A stretch of 64,000 bases of DNA from an uncultured Candidatus Peribacteria bacterium (GTDB lineage: Bacteria > Patescibacteriota > Gracilibacteria > RBG-16-42-10), in NCBI GenBank assembly GCA_964514565.1, contig CAZERA010000002.1, positions 62,001 to 126,000 of the forward strand, in the 5' to 3' direction. The position numbers and the translations under genes are program-made. Below are positions 60,628 through 64,000 of the stretch, piece after piece. The stretch's first letter is position 1, and each line of letters begins with the position of its first letter. The notes below the pieces were generated by a model. The model saw only the letters and a list, made by a program, of their open reading frames with translations. It did not search any database and was not told where the DNA came from.

Positions 60628-60777
60628 ACAAATTAGTTAAAAATAATTGCTATATAAAAAAGGCCTAGCTTGATAGTCAAGTTAGTACCATATATTTATA
60701 CCGTAATTTCAAATCTATTATAGAGAGAGCTTTTCTAATTAGCAAATTTACTGGCTCAATTTATAGGCATAATCCGT

Positions 60778-60806
60778 TTGTACATTAGTAAACGCTCAGG
60801 TAAAAT
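60778..60806 (+). promoter_or_regulatory. Sigma70-type promoter
   Basis: TTGTAC-17 nt-TAAAAT upstream of ATG 60830. Confidence 0.5.
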
Positions 60807-60829
60807 TCCCCTGTATTTTTCCCTCACCA

Positions 60830-61951
60830 ATGATTGTATTTGCCTTGATTACTTTGGCTGCAGCATTAGTTATTAGTCTGCATGTTTTGATCAATTTAGT
60901 AGTATGCCTCAAACCTGCTGCGAAAAACGACAAAGATTATGGATTAGTCAGTATTCTGATACCTGCTCGCAATGAAGCAAAAGTAATTGAGAAATGTGTC
61001 CGTTCTTTGATGGCCCAAGACTACAAAAATATCGAAGTGATTGTTTATAATGATCAATCTACTGATGATACTGGCGAGATTATGGAACGACTAATACTAG
61101 AAGACCCCCGCATCAAAGTAATGCACGGTGATCACCTACCTACCGGCTGGGTCGGCAAATGTCATGGCTGTCATCAAATGAGCGTCAAAGCTCAAGGCAA
61201 ATGGCTCCTTTTTGGTGATAGTGACATCACTATGACACCGGATGCAGTACAAAGAGCGCTCGCGACAGCTGACAAACACCAGGTCTCTTTTCTTTCCCTC
61301 TTCCCTCGTTTTGATAACTATGGCTTTTGGGAAAAAATGACATTGCCACTCTTTTATTTTTATCTATTTAGTTTCATGCCGATATGGGTAGTAAACCGCA
61401 CCCAGAATACTAACTTTGTGGCAGCCAATGGCTCTTTTATATTGGTTGAACGTAGTCTGTATGACCAAGTCGGCGGTCACGAAGTAGTGAAAGACAAGAT
61501 ACTAGAAGATGTCTTGCTGGCTAGACATGTCAAAGGCCAAGGCCATCGCATCATCTATGGAGACGGTAGCAGCATTTATTCCGCCCATATGTACGACACA
61601 CTCGGCCAGATCTGGGAAGGCTTTAGTAAAAATAGTTTTTCATTTTTCAAGTGGAACTACCTACTGGCCACTGCTTTCATTGCCATTGGCATTACTATCT
61701 GTGTGAGCCCCTTTGTACTAGTTTTTCTGCAAATGAATCAAGGTACACTTTTCTTTCATATTGAGCTCACCACTGTACTGATTTACTTTGCCACCATGGC
61801 AATTATTTGTACCCATATTAGACAAAGTATTTGGGGCATTATTTTCTTCCCCATCTCATTATTTTTAAGCTTCAGTGTCATCATCAACTCCATGTATCGG
61901 GTAGCTACCGGAAAAGGTCTTACCTGGAAAGGAAGAAGCTACGCTAAGTAA
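60830..61951 (+). CDS. GT2 glycosyltransferase, CrtQ/HpnB-like (lipid acceptor)
   Basis: IPARNE, DQSTD, LPTGWVGK, ANGSF, LEDV, TWKGR. Confidence 0.85.
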   Translation: MIVFALITLAAALVISLHVLINLVVCLKPAAKNDKDYGLVSILIPARNEAKVIEKCVRSLMAQDYKNIEVIVYNDQSTDDTGEIMERLILEDPRIKVMHGDHLPTGWVGKCHGCHQMSVKAQGKWLLFGDSDITMTPDAVQRALATADKHQVSFLSLFPRFDNYGFWEKMTLPLFYFYLFSFMPIWVVNRTQNTNFVAANGSFILVERSLYDQVGGHEVVKDKILEDVLLARHVKGQGHRIIYGDGSSIYSAHMYDTLGQIWEGFSKNSFSFFKWNYLLATAFIAIGITICVSPFVLVFLQMNQGTLFFHIELTTVLIYFATMAIICTHIRQSIWGIIFFPISLFLSFSVIINSMYRVATGKGLTWKGRSYAK

Positions 61952-61971
61952 AGTAGTATTTTTATTTAGCT

Positions 61972-62751
61972 TTATTTGGGAGGAAAAGTGTATTGGGCTA
62001 TTGCTTTCGCCTGTGATAAAACCTCCCGATTATTTGGGTCAATTAAAGGACTGGTCCGAACTATTGGATGGGCATCGGCTCTGACAATTTTTCTAAGTGC
62101 ACAGATTACATTTTCTAATGAATAAGGCTGCAAACTTTTTACACGATCTTTGACAGCTGTTTTGAACGATGACGCAATCGCACGGTTGGCCATAACCATC
62201 GGCTTTCCACGAAAGAAAGACCAATCCTCTAAACCGCTGGTATGACAGGTAACACTGCTGGCCAAATCACCGTGATATTTCTCACGCGAAACATGATGGA
62301 CTGAGCTTTCCATTACCATATCAGAGTCGCCTAAAAGCTGATAATAGGCTAATGATGAAGCAATCCCTTGTACATCAAACATATCATCTCCCCCAAAATC
62401 ACTATCTCTCCTCGGATCTAGACCGGCTGAATAATGATTAATAATCTTACCGGAGTAAGCATCAATAACTCCCACTGGTGTGCGTACTTTCCAATCCAAT
62501 TGCACGATTAGTTCAGCTCGAACTTCATGCAGAGCTCGAAGCAAGTGCGACTCGAAGAATTTCCCTTCTTGTAGCTGGGGACTAAAAGCTTGCGTACTGA
62601 CCCCCAAAGTCCGAGCCATGTGAGCGACACTGCTATTAGCATTAGTAATCACACAAACAGGTTCACAGCCCTTTACCATTCCACTACTGACTTGTTGCAA
62701 TAAAGGTCCCGCCAACTCCCCTTCGCTTGATGATAAAATAGCTAATCGCAT
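61972..62751 (-). CDS. Divergent formyltransferase-fold (PurN-like) protein
   Basis: RLAIL.S, VITN, ELIVQLDW, KIINH, FGG..M, SSVHHV follow the PurN layout; catalytic residues altered. Confidence 0.55.
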   Translation of the reverse strand: MRLAILSSSEGELAGPLLQQVSSGMVKGCEPVCVITNANSSVAHMARTLGVSTQAFSPQLQEGKFFESHLLRALHEVRAELIVQLDWKVRTPVGVIDAYSGKIINHYSAGLDPRRDSDFGGDDMFDVQGIASSLAYYQLLGDSDMVMESSVHHVSREKYHGDLASSVTCHTSGLEDWSFFRGKPMVMANRAIASSFKTAVKDRVKSLQPYSLENVICALRKIVRADAHPIVRTSPLIDPNNREVLSQAKAIAQYTFPPK

Positions 62752-62837
62752 GAATAAAAATGAAAAGGAGAAAAACCTAGCATTCTTTCATTGTAATTTA
62801 AAGCATAATTAATCTGCCCCAGAAGCTATAATGACTC

Positions 62838-63893
62838 CTAATGCTGCCCCATCCCAATTAAACCAATAATCACCCCGATCACAGCAGTCACCCCCCCCAA
62901 AATCCACAGTCGCATGGTCACATTGTATTCAGGCAGTCCCCAATGCTCCAACAGATGATGCATAGGGGTGATAGCAAAGAGTTTGCGACCCAAGAAACGT
63001 TTAGAACCAATCTGGAGCAGGCTAGATGTTGTTTCTAATACAAAAACAAAACCAATAATCGGCAAAATAACCATCGAATTAGTAAGCATAGCTATCACTC
63101 CCAGAGTAGCACCAAAAGAATAGGCGCCAGTGTCCCCCATAAAAAACTTGGCAGGAGGGATATTGTACCAAAGGAATGCAGTTAGGCTACCAATCAAAAT
63201 GCCACAAAAAGCAGTCAAGACAAACAACTGGTCAACAAAAGCTAAAATACCAAAAGCACCAAAGGCCATGATCAACAAACCGGCAGCCAGTCCATCCAGA
63301 CCATCCGTAATATTGACGGCATTGCTAGAAGCAATAATCACAAAAGCAAAAATAGGTATATACCAAAGCCCAATAAAAAAGTCACCAATAGCTGGCAAAT
63401 GAATCTCGTTGTACCCAAGCTTGCTATAAAACCACCAAGCCCCGATCAAGCCAAAAAGAGTCAGCCAAAAAAGCTTCGGTTTTGCCCCAATTCCCTTTTG
63501 GGTACCAATGCCACGAATATTATAATAGTCATCCAAAGCCCCTAGTAAACCAGTCACAACCAAAGTAAACAAAGGTAAATACGTCTGACCACGATCCCAA
63601 ACTGAGAATGATTCCGGCAAAATATTGAGATGCACCAGTAAACCAGATAGCAAAACAATGGCAGCAGTCATACCCCATACTAAAATACCAGCCATAGTAG
63701 GTGTCCCAGCTTTCTTTTGATGCAAGGAACGGAAAATAGTAGATTGCTTACCATCTACAGTCTCTTCTCGAATCTGCTTGCCAAAACGATTCTTGGTCAG
63801 GAACGCACAAAAAGCCGGAGCGACCAACATCGTCAATACAAAAGCCAAGGTGCTATAACCAAAAATATAGACCAAGACAGGAATATAATTCAT
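62838..63893 (-). CDS. mraY: Phospho-N-acetylmuramoyl-pentapeptide transferase
   Basis: KAGTPTMAG, ALDDY, NAVNITDGLDGL, FMGDTG, PMHHLLE. Confidence 0.98.
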   Translation of the reverse strand: MNYIPVLVYIFGYSTLAFVLTMLVAPAFCAFLTKNRFGKQIREETVDGKQSTIFRSLHQKKAGTPTMAGILVWGMTAAIVLLSGLLVHLNILPESFSVWDRGQTYLPLFTLVVTGLLGALDDYYNIRGIGTQKGIGAKPKLFWLTLFGLIGAWWFYSKLGYNEIHLPAIGDFFIGLWYIPIFAFVIIASSNAVNITDGLDGLAAGLLIMAFGAFGILAFVDQLFVLTAFCGILIGSLTAFLWYNIPPAKFFMGDTGAYSFGATLGVIAMLTNSMVILPIIGFVFVLETTSSLLQIGSKRFLGRKLFAITPMHHLLEHWGLPEYNVTMRLWILGGVTAVIGVIIGLIGMGQH

Positions 63894-63904
63894 AGCGATA
63901 CGAT

Positions 63905-64000
63905 TTATTCTGGAATAGAAGTAGGCTGTACACGTAATTGTACCTTGATCCTACGAGTGAATCCTTCCCCAATACTATATACCTCTAGATCGGCATATTC
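63905..64000 (-). CDS. C-terminal fragment of a probable R3H-domain (Jag/KhpB-like) protein, partial
   Basis: Manual translation EYADLEVYSIGEGFTRRIKVQLRVQPTSIPE*; YSIGEG..RR resembles the end of R3H domains. Confidence 0.5.
   Translation of the reverse strand, partial: EYADLEVYSIGEGFTRRIKVQLRVQPTSIPE

Noticed and set aside
1..64000. Alternative genetic code (UGA=Gly, as in Gracilibacteria/Absconditabacteria)
   Set aside because: Conserved genes are full-length under code 11 and TGA ends genes such as murG and nurA at the expected positions.

Overview
Gene-dense bacterial chromosome segment read with genetic code 11 (TGA ends nurA and murG; tRNA-Trp has a CCA anticodon). Gene content and style suggest a Patescibacteria/CPR genome (inference): VirB2-like pilins, an orphan solute-binding protein, HppA, leaders without Shine-Dalgarno (SD) motifs and many ORFans. 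The window holds secA, a ~20 kb surface-glycan locus (TagA, GT2/GT4, four GT-C-like membrane proteins, methyltransferases, Wzm/Wzt and a WbdD-like capping protein), a cell-wall operon (nrnA-murB-hpf-femX-ftsW-murG-flippase-hsp20-galU), secE-nusG-rplK-rplA, a partner-switching module, hppA, lysA, tRNA-Gln, a Xer recombinase, pilins, rpmG, a fatty-acid desaturase, tRNA-Trp, PBP1A, nusA and mraY. The most striking unexplained structure is a family of intergenic elements bounded by inverted arrays of 7-nt tandem repeats. One copy encloses a four-helix-bundle (23S-IVP/Avd-like) gene between nurA and secA, five are short gene-less copies and two are solo arms. A REP-like TCCCGC-N4-GCGGGA palindrome also recurs, twice at tRNA 3' ends. 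No CRISPR array, rRNA, transposase or prophage was seen.
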